64,000 nucleotides of DNA from Desulfatiglandales bacterium (GCA_963666345.1 OY762721.1:672001-736000), one strand, 5' to 3'. Shown: positions 51,843 to 62,686, numbered from the stretch's first letter. Numbers and translations are program-made. The notes: generated by a model not told the origin, from the sequence alone.

Positions 51843-53183
51843 TTGATTTCTAATATTATGACCGATTTATCAGAAAAGATAGAAAAATTTCGCTCCGGTG
51901 ATCTAGCCCTTTTGCCGCATCTGGAAAATCTGTGTAGCCTTATCGAAGAACAGGAACCTCGTCTATCAGTCTTTGTGCCGGGCACATTCAACCGGAAACA
52001 AATCATTGATCAGGGGAAGAGACTTTTTGAAAAATTTCCTGAACCGTCTGAAAGGCCTTCTCTTTTCGGCCTTACCCTGGGTGTAAAGGATATATTCAAT
52101 GCCAAAGGCTATTCCACCCGCTGTGGGTCCATGCTGCCTGAAGACGAATTCAAGGGTAAGCAGGCCTCCTCGGTAAGCAGGCTCATGGAAGCAGGGGCTG
52201 TAATAATGGGAAAGACCGTAACCGCCGAGTTTGCCATATTTGAGCCGGGCCCAACAAAGAACCCCTTTGATCATTCCCGCAGCCCCGGAGGTTCAAGCAG
52301 CGGCTCAGCCGCCGGATTGGCGGCAGGATTCTTTTCTTCATCACTGGGTACTCAGACCATAGGCTCTATTATAAGACCCGCAGCCTATTGCGGTGTAATC
52401 GGATTCAAACCCTCATATGGCAGGATACCGACTGACGGAGTAATTCCTGTATCCCCGAGTCTTGACCATGTCGGGTTTTTCTGCACCGATACCTCGGCTC
52501 TCTCTTTGATATCCGAGGCATTGCTTAAAGGATGGAAGCCATCCAAAAAGAATCTAGCTGAAGCGCAAAGAAAGACCTTGTTTATACCTGATGAAAAATA
52601 TGTCTTTCAGGCTTCCGAAAGGGAAAGGTTATATTTCTTTGATCAAATCGAAAATCTCAAGGCATGCGGCTACAGGATTGAAAATTGCGATTTCCTCTCG
52701 GATATATCCTCAATAAACAAAATCCATAGAAAAATAATGCAAGCTGAGGCTGCAAGGATCCATTCCAGATGGTATTCGGAATATGGTGGCACTTACAGGG
52801 CCGGGACAAAAAAACTGATAGAAGACGGGGCAAAGATAACCGTTGGAGAACTTGAGGAATTACAAGATAGACTCGATAAAGAACGATACAGGTTGAAAAA
52901 ACAGATAGCAGATATGGGAGCTGATTTTTTCCTTTCTCCCCCGGCGACAGACAGGGCACCCAAGGGCCTTGAATCAACGGGTGATCCTGTTATGAACCTT
53001 CCATGGACCTTTATAGGTTTGCCGGCGATATCACTTCCAACTTTCTTTGACACTGAAGGCCTCCCTCACGGGCTGCAGATAGCGGCAAACCACGGCACGG
53101 ATGAAGACTTGGTCTCATTTGCCGAGGCTATTTCCAAGCATTTTACCCTGGACCCGGTCCTATCAAGACCCTCTATTTTCTAG
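51843..53183 (+). CDS. Amidase-signature family amidase
   Basis: GVKD, SPGGSSSGSAA, GTQTIGSIIRPAAYCG. Confidence 0.93.
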   Translation: MISNIMTDLSEKIEKFRSGDLALLPHLENLCSLIEEQEPRLSVFVPGTFNRKQIIDQGKRLFEKFPEPSERPSLFGLTLGVKDIFNAKGYSTRCGSMLPEDEFKGKQASSVSRLMEAGAVIMGKTVTAEFAIFEPGPTKNPFDHSRSPGGSSSGSAAGLAAGFFSSSLGTQTIGSIIRPAAYCGVIGFKPSYGRIPTDGVIPVSPSLDHVGFFCTDTSALSLISEALLKGWKPSKKNLAEAQRKTLFIPDEKYVFQASERERLYFFDQIENLKACGYRIENCDFLSDISSINKIHRKIMQAEAARIHSRWYSEYGGTYRAGTKKLIEDGAKITVGELEELQDRLDKERYRLKKQIADMGADFFLSPPATDRAPKGLESTGDPVMNLPWTFIGLPAISLPTFFDTEGLPHGLQIAANHGTDEDLVSFAEAISKHFTLDPVLSRPSIF

Positions 53184-53580
53184 TATAACATCCGATGAAT
53201 TACGACGGGTCCTTGAAACTGAATATCATCTTAACAACCCCCAAAAACGGGAAACGGAGTTCAAAAAACGGGGGAACAAATTGATTTTTATTTATTTAGA
53301 TGATATTGTAAATTGCAGATATATAATATCTCAAGTAAAGCATCAACAAAGGCTGGGCAACTCTGATTTACCATAAAGTTATCGTCGTAGTCGTTGTCTT
53401 CGATCGCTCAGCCTTGCGGCGTATCATTTATACGCCTCGGGCATTGTTCGCCGGCGCCTTATATCCGACACCTTGCCGGTGACCAGGAACACCGAATCCT
53501 CTTATCTTCGTACTGATATAAGAATTAGACGGTGGATAGGGGCGATATATCTTCCTGTTTAACTAATAGGAGTTTCAATC

Positions 53581-54801
53581 ATGGAAAAATTCAATACGCT
53601 TATAAAAAAGGGAGTTAATCAAGGGATGACCGACGTCCATATTTCGGGAGGACATCCTATTGTTTTCAGAAGAAACGGCAAGATCGGATTTGACCATAAA
53701 AACATATGGATGCACAAGGAAATCGATACCCTGGTCGGAAAGTTGCTAACGATTGAGCAGATCGAGACACTGAAAACGCGGCTGTCAGTCGATGTAGCCA
53801 AATCCGTGGCCCATGTAAGGCTCAGGATCAATATATTTTTAACTACAAGGGGAATTAGCATCGCAGTGCGTCTTCTGCCGGGCGCCGTACCTCGATTCGA
53901 AGACTTAAACCTTCATCCCTCACTGCGAAAATTCTGTGATCTTGAGGCAGGGCTCATACTCATCTGCGGTACGACAGGGTCCGGTAAATCAACCAGCATC
54001 GCAGCGATGGTCTCCGAGATAAACAACAGCCGTCCCGTTCACATAATAACGCTGGAAGATCCGGTTGAATACCGCTTCGTTTCAAGGATGGCTTTTATTG
54101 AACAGAGGGAACTCTATACCCATATACCATCATTTGAAAGAGGGCTGATTGATGTCCTGAGAGAAGATCCCGACGTAATAGTAGTAGGAGAGTTAAGAGA
54201 GCCTGAAACCATAAGGCTGACGCTTAATGCCGCTGAATCGGGACATCTGGTTATTGCCTCTCTTCACGCTACCAACTCAGAGGATGCCCTCTACCGGATC
54301 TGCAACTCCTTTCCTCTGGAGGCACAAATCTTTGTTCGAAGTCAACTCGCCTCAAGCCTTTCCTTGGTTCTTATACAGAGGCTGGACTATATGGAAAGGG
54401 TAGGTTTCAGGCTGCCGGTTCTCTCTATCATGGCAGGAACCCAATCAATCAAGGGGCTTATCAAAGACGATAAATTTTCTCAGATTGAAAATGCCATACA
54501 GACCGGAAAAAGTTCCGATATGTTTACTATGGGGCAATACAGAAAGGATTATCTGGAAAAAAGGACCAGATTTACTCCACCAGCTGAAATATTCCGCCCC
54601 TCTGAGGAGCAATCGGATGAAATCGTTTATGAATCTCCATTCCTTAAAAAATCGATGGCATATCACGATTTTTCTCCAAGAAAAACAGCACCAGTGGATA
54701 AAAAACTGAAGCAGACCACATTCAATCATCAGGGAGAGTATGTTATAGATAGTATGGATACCATGCAGGATGTTCTTAAAGAACTCAAACAAAGTGACTG
54801 A
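53581..54801 (+). CDS. PilT/PilU-family type IV pilus retraction ATPase
   Basis: GTTGSGKS Walker A, TLEDPVEY, LREDPDVIVVGELR, AAESGHLV.ASLH. Confidence 0.9.
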   Translation: MEKFNTLIKKGVNQGMTDVHISGGHPIVFRRNGKIGFDHKNIWMHKEIDTLVGKLLTIEQIETLKTRLSVDVAKSVAHVRLRINIFLTTRGISIAVRLLPGAVPRFEDLNLHPSLRKFCDLEAGLILICGTTGSGKSTSIAAMVSEINNSRPVHIITLEDPVEYRFVSRMAFIEQRELYTHIPSFERGLIDVLREDPDVIVVGELREPETIRLTLNAAESGHLVIASLHATNSEDALYRICNSFPLEAQIFVRSQLASSLSLVLIQRLDYMERVGFRLPVLSIMAGTQSIKGLIKDDKFSQIENAIQTGKSSDMFTMGQYRKDYLEKRTRFTPPAEIFRPSEEQSDEIVYESPFLKKSMAYHDFSPRKTAPVDKKLKQTTFNHQGEYVIDSMDTMQDVLKELKQSD

Positions 54802-54996
54802 GACACATCAGGCTATCTAAAACATCAAGCTTGTTTTCTTATTTCGATTTCCCTATTAAACCGGGCAGCTTAGGCATCCAGTGGTAGGGGCATCCCTCTT
54901 GCCCTGACTCCGGCGGCCCGGCTCATGTCACCTCAACTCTTTCAACCATCTGAATCAATCAAAAAAAAGACGTTTTGTTCGGGAAGGGGACCTATT

Positions 54997-56028
54997 ATGG
55001 AGATTTATTTTTCGAGAGATAACGGTGCGGTTGATGAGGCGATAGAAGCACTTATAGAGATAACCGGAGGGATAAATCATCCGGGGATTGTAAGAGATAT
55101 GATTATTGCATCCCTTAAGGCCGGAAAGGAAAACATGGTTAATGCCGACCTCAAGATGATGAATTCGACCTTAAAGGAAATGCGTTACACGGCAAAGGTC
55201 TTTGAACCATATGGAAACATCAAAAAGGTGACTGTCTTTGGCTCGGCAAGGACCCTGAACAGTGAGCCCACATACGAAATGGCCAGGATGTTTGGGAAGA
55301 AGCTTGCCGATGCGGGCTATATGGTTATTACCGGTGGAGGAGGAGGCATTATGGAGGCCGCCAATGAGGGGGCCGGCCCTGACAGCTCTTTTGGCGTCAA
55401 CATACGCCTTCCCTTTGAACAAAAGGCAAATCCCGTCCTTGAAGGATCTTCCAGGGTCATAAATTATAAATACTTTTTCAACCGTAAGGTCGCCTTTATT
55501 AAGGAAGCGGACGCAGTAGCCCTTTTCCCTGGAGGCTTCGGCACCCTTGACGAGGCCATGGAGACACTTACCCTTCTTCAGACAGGAAAACGTTATCCAA
55601 TGCCTCTTATTCTCCTGGATGAGGAAAAAGGTGACTACTGGGCCAACTGGTACGATTTCATGAATAAAGGACTTGCATCAAAGGGGTATATAGACGATGA
55701 GGATTTTTCCTTTTTCCAGATGGTGGATTCGGTCGACAAGGCGGTGGATATAATCAATCAGTTCTACAGCCGCTACCACAGTCTGAGATATGTAGGCACA
55801 AAGCTTGTGATCCGCCTTCTTTCACCCATCGGCATTTATATGCTCAAAGAGATCAAGACCCGTTTCAAGGACATCCTGATCCCGGGAGGAGACATCTACC
55901 GGTCAGAGGCGCTGGACCGGGAGGCAAACGAACCTGAAATAATCGACCTGCCGAGGCTTGTAGTGGATTTCAATCAAAAGAAATTCGGCAGGCTGAGACA
56001 GCTGATAGATGCGATAAACCTATGTTGA
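54997..56028 (+). CDS. LOG/SLOG-family nucleotide phosphoribohydrolase-like protein
   Basis: VFGSAR, ITGGGGGIMEAAN, PFEQ, RK, PGGFGTLDE; start set to MEIYF. Confidence 0.9.
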   Translation: MEIYFSRDNGAVDEAIEALIEITGGINHPGIVRDMIIASLKAGKENMVNADLKMMNSTLKEMRYTAKVFEPYGNIKKVTVFGSARTLNSEPTYEMARMFGKKLADAGYMVITGGGGGIMEAANEGAGPDSSFGVNIRLPFEQKANPVLEGSSRVINYKYFFNRKVAFIKEADAVALFPGGFGTLDEAMETLTLLQTGKRYPMPLILLDEEKGDYWANWYDFMNKGLASKGYIDDEDFSFFQMVDSVDKAVDIINQFYSRYHSLRYVGTKLVIRLLSPIGIYMLKEIKTRFKDILIPGGDIYRSEALDREANEPEIIDLPRLVVDFNQKKFGRLRQLIDAINLC

Positions 56029-56141
56029 CCCCGCTGTTACTTCAATTTAGAAGGAAGAGCTACTATCTTTACCAATTAAAGCCCGCTGCTCAGTAAATCA
56101 AGACATATTTTCAAAACAGAATGCTTTATACATGGATCTTA

Positions 56142-56822
56142 TTATTTAACATATTTTTCAAGTACATTACGAAGTTTTTCAGAACTTGAATTACTTACGG
56201 ATTTTTTCACTATAATATCTGTGGGCCTGACATATTTACCATAATAGGAACTGTTCCAGTCGTCTCTTATCTTTAGCACGGCCCCCTCAAGAGACACCCC
56301 GCCGTAAAGCCCCTTTGAGCGGACAAAGCTGAGTATATCAGCCAGGACATTAGACTTGGCACCTCCGCCTATAGGCCCTGCGGCGACAGAGATATCTCCT
56401 CCCAGCTTAAAGGAAGACGCATAAAGCGATTCCAGCGCCCTCCTGGTCCTTATCATCATTATTACTTCAGATTTTTCCCCTCCTATTTGGAGTCCAAAGG
56501 TAACCGAACCTATTGTGTAAAACACCGGTTGACTCCATTTTCCGGTCTCCCTGTCCCTAGCCAAAAGCACCCCGCTTCCACCGCTTCCACCCAGGAAAAA
56601 TCCACCCTTTAAAAGCGACGGGACAATCAAAAGGCCCTTGGCCTGACTGAGATTTTCCCTGAACCACCCCATATTTTCATCCGCCATGAAACTTTCGAAT
56701 AATATTCTGGACCTCTCCACAAGCCCCTGCTGGTCAACGGTCTTAGAATCTGCAAAAAGGTTAGTCGGGGACAGTATGCTGAGCAAAAAAAGAATAGACA
56801 TCGATATTACAATTCTTCTCAT
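56142..56822 (-). CDS. SYLF/Ysc84 lipid-binding domain protein with signal peptide
   Basis: KGGFFLGGSGGSGV...GLQIGG...VAAGP...RSKGLYGGVSLEG. Confidence 0.9.
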   Translation of the reverse strand: MRRIVISMSILFLLSILSPTNLFADSKTVDQQGLVERSRILFESFMADENMGWFRENLSQAKGLLIVPSLLKGGFFLGGSGGSGVLLARDRETGKWSQPVFYTIGSVTFGLQIGGEKSEVIMMIRTRRALESLYASSFKLGGDISVAAGPIGGGAKSNVLADILSFVRSKGLYGGVSLEGAVLKIRDDWNSSYYGKYVRPTDIIVKKSVSNSSSEKLRNVLEKYVK

Positions 56823-57341
56823 TTTAATCTCCTTAATCGTGACTCCATTCCATGTGGTTCATCTGGATGCTGTTGAGCGCCTGCTATGATTCTCCAAAAG
56901 CATTACACCCTCGAGTGTTTAAACGGCCTACCTACCTATACAACATCCAAGAGAAATAATCCATGCCTGTAAACAAGGCCTTCCGGCCGAAATAACGGGA
57001 CAGTCGGACATTGCCGCCTATCATTTTATATTTGCATAAAGTTATCAAATCATTAGATCAGCCAGACTCTGCCACCTGATTCAGGCGCAATCAACCAATT
57101 CAGACTTTATATTTCGACTGGGCACCCGCAAGATGTTGGATGCGAGCCGCCGGGGGCCCAGGACTGAGGCCTATGGCGTATACGCCTCAAGTCTCTTTTT
57201 GATCTTAGATCAGGGTTATGCGGTCGATTATTTCAGTTTGACCGCAAATTGTGTTATAGAAAATAATTATTGCTAAGGGTATCAATTTTCATATCATTTT
57301 TTCTGCTCTTTTTCTTTCTTAATATTTAAAGGAATCATTAT

Positions 57342-58751
57342 ATGCCCGATTCAATACTCAGATTCAGGCGCCGTTCACTTGCCAATATAACCAGGACCTG
57401 GCGTGAGATTAAGGGAACCGCCCGCCGAACGTTCACCGGGAGATTGAATCCCGACCTCCCGAAGGAGGACATGGAGTACCTGGGCAAAAAGATGCTTGAA
57501 TGTCTCGAAGGCAAGGGTGGCGAAGCAAGTGCCAGAGACAGGACGGAAGAACTGGGTCAAATCTATCTTAAGTTGAGCCCCGCCGGTAAAGAAAGGTTTC
57601 TTGGAAAACTCGCTAAAGACTATCCAATTGACCGGGATAGACTCAAAGAACTATCAAAGGCATATTTGCGCGCCAGGGATGAAAAAGACACAGAACCGAT
57701 AGAGAGGTCTTTAAGGGAAACGCTTAATTCCCCACGAACAAAAATCTTACGCCAGTTCAACACCCTTCCTGACGGGTTTAAATTCCTCGTAGATATGCGT
57801 GCCGATCTTTTACGCATGAGCAAAAAAGACAAATCCCTTAAAGGACTTGAAAGGGATCTTAAGCAGTTATTGAATAACTGGTTTGATGTGGGGCTTCTTG
57901 ATCTCGAGGAAATTACATGGGAATCCCCCGCCTCTCTGCTTGAAAAACTGATCGATTACGAGGCTGTCCACAGGATTACATCATGGAACGACCTCAAGAA
58001 CAGGCTGACGCTCGACCGCCGCTGTTTTGCCTTTTTTCACGGCAAAATGCCCTATGAACCGCTCATATTTATTGAAGTGGCGCTTACCAGAGGTCTGGCA
58101 GGAAATATCAAGCAACTCCTGGATAAAGGAGTATTACCTGAAAACCTGAAAAAGGCGGATACCGCTATCTTTTACTCAATAAACAGCACACAGAAGGGGC
58201 TTGCAGGCATCAGTCTCGGAAATTTTCTAATCAAGCGTGTGGTGTCCGAGATATCGAATGAGTTATCCAATATTAAAAGGTATTCCACCCTGTCGCCTGT
58301 TCCAGGATTCGGAAACTGGCTCACCCACCTGCTCAAAGGAGGCGATTCATCCATGCTTAGCGCGGAAGACATTTTGAGTATCAGGCAACTGGAGTCGGGT
58401 GATGACGCAGCCGTTATTCTTTTAAAGGCCCTTGATTCAAACCGACATGGTTTACCTGCCACGGCTTCCTCGCTTCGCCCCATACTGTTGCGGCTCATGA
58501 AGCACTATCTGTTAAAGGAAAAAAAGGGGATACATGCAGTAGATCCAGTGGAGAACTTCCACCTTTCAAACGGTGCAAGGATCGAACGCATAAACTGGCT
58601 TGCCGATACCTCGGAAAAGGGCATGAGACAATCTGCCGGAATGATGGTGAACTATCTTTACAGTTTGTCAGATATAGATGAAAACCATGAAGCCTACATA
58701 ACCGAGGGTAAAATATCTATCTCAAATGAGGTAAAACAGCTGCCGGGTTAA
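57342..58751 (+). CDS. Malonyl-CoA decarboxylase
   Basis: YEAVH.I.SW.DLK.RL, GLAGISLGNFLIKRVV, TLSPVPGF, DPVENFHLSNGA, MMVNYLY. Confidence 0.93.
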   Translation: MPDSILRFRRRSLANITRTWREIKGTARRTFTGRLNPDLPKEDMEYLGKKMLECLEGKGGEASARDRTEELGQIYLKLSPAGKERFLGKLAKDYPIDRDRLKELSKAYLRARDEKDTEPIERSLRETLNSPRTKILRQFNTLPDGFKFLVDMRADLLRMSKKDKSLKGLERDLKQLLNNWFDVGLLDLEEITWESPASLLEKLIDYEAVHRITSWNDLKNRLTLDRRCFAFFHGKMPYEPLIFIEVALTRGLAGNIKQLLDKGVLPENLKKADTAIFYSINSTQKGLAGISLGNFLIKRVVSEISNELSNIKRYSTLSPVPGFGNWLTHLLKGGDSSMLSAEDILSIRQLESGDDAAVILLKALDSNRHGLPATASSLRPILLRLMKHYLLKEKKGIHAVDPVENFHLSNGARIERINWLADTSEKGMRQSAGMMVNYLYSLSDIDENHEAYITEGKISISNEVKQLPG

Positions 58752-58944
58752 AAAACGACATCAGATATCACATATTATTACACCCTGCAGCTTATCTCAA
58801 GGCCGCACGCTCTCATCCCGGTTTCATCCACCCTCATAAAACAGCAAAGGCAAATACTGCGGGTTCAAAAGGGAAATCAAAATAACAAAAAAAAGAGCAC
58901 CCGCGATTATTCAGCGGATACCCTTATTTTTTGTTTCAAGGTTT

Positions 58945-59145
58945 TTAGACCACGGTTACGTTCTTCGCGGCAGGTCCTTTTTGTCCCTGTTCAATCTCAA
59001 AGGTAACCCTGTCTCCCTCATTGAGTGAGCGAAAACCAGTTTTGCTTATCGCTGAGTGATGAACGAAAACATCCGGACCGTCTTCCTGCTCAATAAAGCC
59101 AAAACCTTTTTGGTCATTAAACCACTTAACAGTACCATTATTCAT
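58945..59145 (-). CDS. cspA: Cold-shock protein
   Basis: [15 protein letters not shown]...DVFVHHSAI. Confidence 0.95.
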   Translation of the reverse strand: MNNGTVKWFNDQKGFGFIEQEDGPDVFVHHSAISKTGFRSLNEGDRVTFEIEQGQKGPAAKNVTVV

Positions 59146-59449
59146 GATAACATCCCCCTTTCGTACAGATTTTCAACATATTCGACTGGAGGATGCTACA
59201 TTAAAATAATGAATTTCCTTCAGATAAAAACTCCCCTGCGTTTAGCCTGGGTCATGTTGAATGCGCAAATAATAACATCATCTGCGACAAAATCAAGTTA
59301 AATTTTATCTTTTCTAGCCAACAATGATAATTTTTTAAAAAAAAAGGGCAAATCACCGGTCAAAAACATCAAAAAACCGGGTTTGTTTTGCCCATTTTCC
59401 CTGGAATACGAGTTCTTACAGCAGACAAAAAGCAGAATCTTGAAAAAAA

Positions 59450-60052
59450 TTACTTAAATTGAAGATAAGAAAGCCTTGATTCGACCTCCTGTATCTTATC
59501 ATCTTTTTTCTGCAGAACCGCCAGGGCATCCCATGACCCTTTGAGAAAGGCCTGTCTTCTTCCTTCAGGGAGTTCAAAATCGATTGTCTCCCCATCAAAG
59601 CTTATACTCTTTTTCTCCAGATCGATGTCAAACTCGGTCTCAGGGGCCTGCCTTACCTGTTGAGTCAATCGGATAATATCATCGTCTGAAACAGCGACTC
59701 CGACAACTCCAAGACTTGCACAGTTTCCCGCAAAAATCTCAGCAAAGCTTTCAGCTACAATTGCCTCTATACCATACCTGGCAAGGGCCTGGGGGGCATG
59801 TTCCCTTGAGCTTCCACAGCCATAGTTGGCTCCCGCAATAAGTATTTTCGCCCCTTTGTATTCCTGCTTATTGAATGGATGATCCGGGACAGGGGTTTCG
59901 TCTCTGAACCTTTCGTAATAGTAAAGATAATTTCCGATGTTGCTGAAGGTTATCTCCTTCAGGAATTTTGCAGGCAATATGTCATCGGTATTCTGTCCGT
60001 TTTCCGGTTTGGGAACCGCTCTTCCTTTGATACTTTTAATTATTGTTTCCAT
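59450..60052 (-). CDS. leuD: 3-isopropylmalate dehydratase small subunit
   Basis: NTDDILPAKFL, NYGCGSSREHAP, ESFAEIF. Confidence 0.92.
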   Translation of the reverse strand: METIIKSIKGRAVPKPENGQNTDDILPAKFLKEITFSNIGNYLYYYERFRDETPVPDHPFNKQEYKGAKILIAGANYGCGSSREHAPQALARYGIEAIVAESFAEIFAGNCASLGVVGVAVSDDDIIRLTQQVRQAPETEFDIDLEKKSISFDGETIDFELPEGRRQAFLKGSWDALAVLQKKDDKIQEVESRLSYLQFK

Positions 60053-61448
60053 TTTTCATATATCTTTCCGGGTTAATAATCTTACCTTCAATCGCACATG
60101 CGGCGGCTGTAATAGGGCTGGCAAGGTGGGTCCTCCCTGCGGGGCTGCCCTGCCTTCCCTTGAAATTCCGGTTGGAAGTAGAAACGCTTCGCTGATTTCC
60201 GACTAGCTTGTCAGGGTTCATGGCAAGGCACATGCTGCATCCGGGATTACGCCATTGAGCACCTGACTGTTTAAATATCTTATCCAGCCCCAGCCCTTCA
60301 GCCTCTTTCTTGACCTGCTCCGAACCGGGTACGATCAAGGTCTTAACAGATACCTTGTTATCTTTAAGTATATCTGCGGCACCAATAAGATCATTGAGCC
60401 TTCCATTGGTGCATGAACCGATAAATACGACATCCACAGGGGTACCTTCAATAGGTTCGCCCGGCCTAAGCCCCATGTAATCATAGGCGTCCAGCGCCTC
60501 ATCCTTCGATTCCATTGCAGGAGTGCCGGGTTCCGGCAGGCTGCCGGCTATATCCATCACCTGGTCCGGGCTCACTCCCCAGGTTATTACAGGATTTATC
60601 CTTGTGACATCTATATCCACGATATCATCATAGTCTGCATCCTTATCCGAGGCAACGGCCTTCCAGTACTCCACCGCATCTTCAAAGTCTTTATCAGGGG
60701 CGTAGGGCCTTCCCTTCAGATAATCAAAGGTCGTTTCATCAGGATTTATATAGCACGACCTGGCCCCCCCCTCGATACCCATATTGCAAAGGGTCATTCT
60801 TTCTTCCATGCTCATATTATTCACCGTTTCTCCGGCAAGTTCATAAGCAAATCCTACCCCGCCTTTGGCTCCCAGCTTTCCTATCATACGTAATGCAAGA
60901 TCCTTGGCCGTAACACCTCTGTTCATTCGGCCGATGAAATTTATTTTTCTTACCTTGAGCGCAGACATGGATATGGTCTGAGTCGCAAGGACGTGGCTTA
61001 CCTGGGTAGTGCCTATCCCCATTGCAAGAGTGCCGAAAGCACCGTATGTGCTTGTGTGACTGTCTCCGCACACGACAACCTGGCCGGGCCATATAATCCC
61101 CAGCTCAGGATATATGACATGGCACACCCCCTGCCCCTTACCAGGAGCAAAATATTTTATACCAAACTCCGCAACATTATCTTCCAGCGTCTTTGTCATA
61201 AGCTCGGCCTTGGCATCTTCAAAGGGCCTCGATATATCATCCGTTGGGATGACATGGTCAAGTACCGCAAAGGTAAGTTCAGGACGCCTTATACTGATGC
61301 CTCTTTCTCTTAACATCTCAAAGGCCTGGGGGCTGGTAACCTCATGCATGAGATGCCTGCCTACAAAAATCTGGCGCTCTCCGGATTCCAGAACAGATGC
61401 CTTATGAGAATTCCAGATCTTATTATACAAAGTACCTTTAGCCATCAT
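60036..61448 (-). CDS. leuC: 3-isopropylmalate dehydratase large subunit
   Basis: HEVTSPQAF, CGDSHT, IGSCTNGR, GCSMCLAMN, STSNRNF.GRQG. Confidence 0.95.
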   Translation of the reverse strand: MMAKGTLYNKIWNSHKASVLESGERQIFVGRHLMHEVTSPQAFEMLRERGISIRRPELTFAVLDHVIPTDDISRPFEDAKAELMTKTLEDNVAEFGIKYFAPGKGQGVCHVIYPELGIIWPGQVVVCGDSHTSTYGAFGTLAMGIGTTQVSHVLATQTISMSALKVRKINFIGRMNRGVTAKDLALRMIGKLGAKGGVGFAYELAGETVNNMSMEERMTLCNMGIEGGARSCYINPDETTFDYLKGRPYAPDKDFEDAVEYWKAVASDKDADYDDIVDIDVTRINPVITWGVSPDQVMDIAGSLPEPGTPAMESKDEALDAYDYMGLRPGEPIEGTPVDVVFIGSCTNGRLNDLIGAADILKDNKVSVKTLIVPGSEQVKKEAEGLGLDKIFKQSGAQWRNPGCSMCLAMNPDKLVGNQRSVSTSNRNFKGRQGSPAGRTHLASPITAAACAIEGKIINPERYMKNGNNN

Positions 61449-61674
61449 TCCATCCTCTTACACAATTACAGGTTTGTTTAAAAACCTATTAAAATATATT
61501 GATATAAGTTTAATCAAAAGCGCCCGGGAATTCTATTAAAAGCCACATCATATAACAGGGCAGAGATTCGGACGTTCTTATTGTGTCAGCGAGAGTGGTA
61601 CTATACATATTTCAGTCGGATATGAAAAGATTTTTTGGTTGTATCCCGATCATACGGAGATAAAGGAAGGAGAC

Positions 61675-61719
61675 AAAAAAACAGCGGGCCGGATTGAAAC
61701 CCGTAACCCGCTGTTTTTT
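61675..61719 (-). terminator. Terminator after tRNA-Pro
   Basis: AAAAAACAGCGGG...CCCGCTGTTTTTT symmetric stem. Confidence 0.75.
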
Positions 61720-61733
61720 ATATCTTAGTTTAC

Positions 61734-61810
61734 TGGTCGGGACGCGGGGATTTGAACCCCGGGCCCCCTGAACCCCATTCAGGTGCGCTTCCAGACTGCG
61801 CCACGTCCCG
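61734..61810 (-). tRNA. tRNA-Pro (GGG)
   Basis: CGGGACGTGGCGCAGTCTGG...ATGGGGT...GTTCAAATCC...CCA. Confidence 0.95.
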
Positions 61811-62062
61811 ACAATTTAGAAGGTTGATATTATACTACCTGTCATCATTGTCAAGTGGTAATTTTGCACCCTGATCACCATCAAGATGTCATCACATGCA
61901 ACCGACGGTAGCCCCGGCAACCTGTTTGATTGCCATGAAAACCGGCTTGTAATTATTGCAGTGAATATAGTAATAAATGAATAATAGGCGCTGAGGTTTC
62001 CAGTAAAAGGATTAATTCATTAATGGCCCTCAGGCAGAAAAAATCTAAAGATTAAGAGGAGT

Positions 62063-62473
62063 TTGTTGACAATGGAACAAGAAAAGGTCTTTAACGCCCT
62101 TGTAATAGAAAAAGACGGGAAAGTGCGGGAGCTTGTTGAAACGCTGCTCAAAAAGAGAAATTACAGTCTGGAGTTTCTGTCAAATTCTTATGAGGCGATC
62201 TTGTTTTTAAAGGAAAACAACTGTCCCATAGCAATACTTGGAGATACCGATGACAATGCCGACCCCTTTGAGGCTATGAAAAAGATAGTCCCCGCCTCCC
62301 CCATGACCTCCCTGATACTGATAACGGACGAGGAAAAGGAGAAGGTGGATGACACAGCCGAGGGCTACGGAATACTGGGTCACGTAAAAAGAACCATACC
62401 TGCCGACCAGCTCACGCCGCTTCTGGCGCAGTTCGAGGCCATCTGCGCGGTACTCTCCCCGCCTGCCTGCTGA
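62063..62473 (+). CDS. Receiver-fold protein with degenerate phosphorylation site
   Basis: ALVIEKD...AILGD...LILIT...GHVKR: CheY-like pattern with non-canonical acidic pocket and KP motif. Confidence 0.75.
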   Translation: MLTMEQEKVFNALVIEKDGKVRELVETLLKKRNYSLEFLSNSYEAILFLKENNCPIAILGDTDDNADPFEAMKKIVPASPMTSLILITDEEKEKVDDTAEGYGILGHVKRTIPADQLTPLLAQFEAICAVLSPPAC

Positions 62474-62598
62474 AAAACGCAAACCGGTTTCAAGGGGGCA
62501 AGGTGGACTTGAGCCCCCGAATCCCTGCCGGCCCCGGATCCTTTTCCAAAACAGGGACTCTCCATAAAAACAAGAGCAGACCCGCAGACATGAAAATA

Positions 62599-62638
62599 TG
62601 CACATAAAGATGTGCATCTCTGCCCACAAAATAGTGCA
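62599..62638. promoter_or_regulatory. Tandem palindromic enhancer-like sites TGCAC-N8-GTGCA
   Basis: TGCACATAAAGATGTGCA (62599-62616) and TGCCCACAAAATAGTGCA (62621-62638), 22 bp apart. Confidence 0.6.
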
Positions 62639-62686
62639 TCAACATCTTTGGCCTATAAAATCTTACATATATCCAATATGTTATGA

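Noticed and set aside
59345..59393. GGGCAAA...TTTGCCC hairpin resembling the start of a c-di-GMP-I riboswitch
   Set aside because: Lacks the GAAA tetraloop and the GACGCAAA/P2 elements; more likely a simple hairpin downstream of leuD.
61449..61670. Leucine attenuator leader upstream of leuC
   Set aside because: No Leu-rich leader peptide or terminator/antiterminator pair identified.
61734..61810. tRNA-Pro as an integration site
   Set aside because: No duplicated tRNA 3' end, integrase or island boundary seen; flanked by housekeeping genes.
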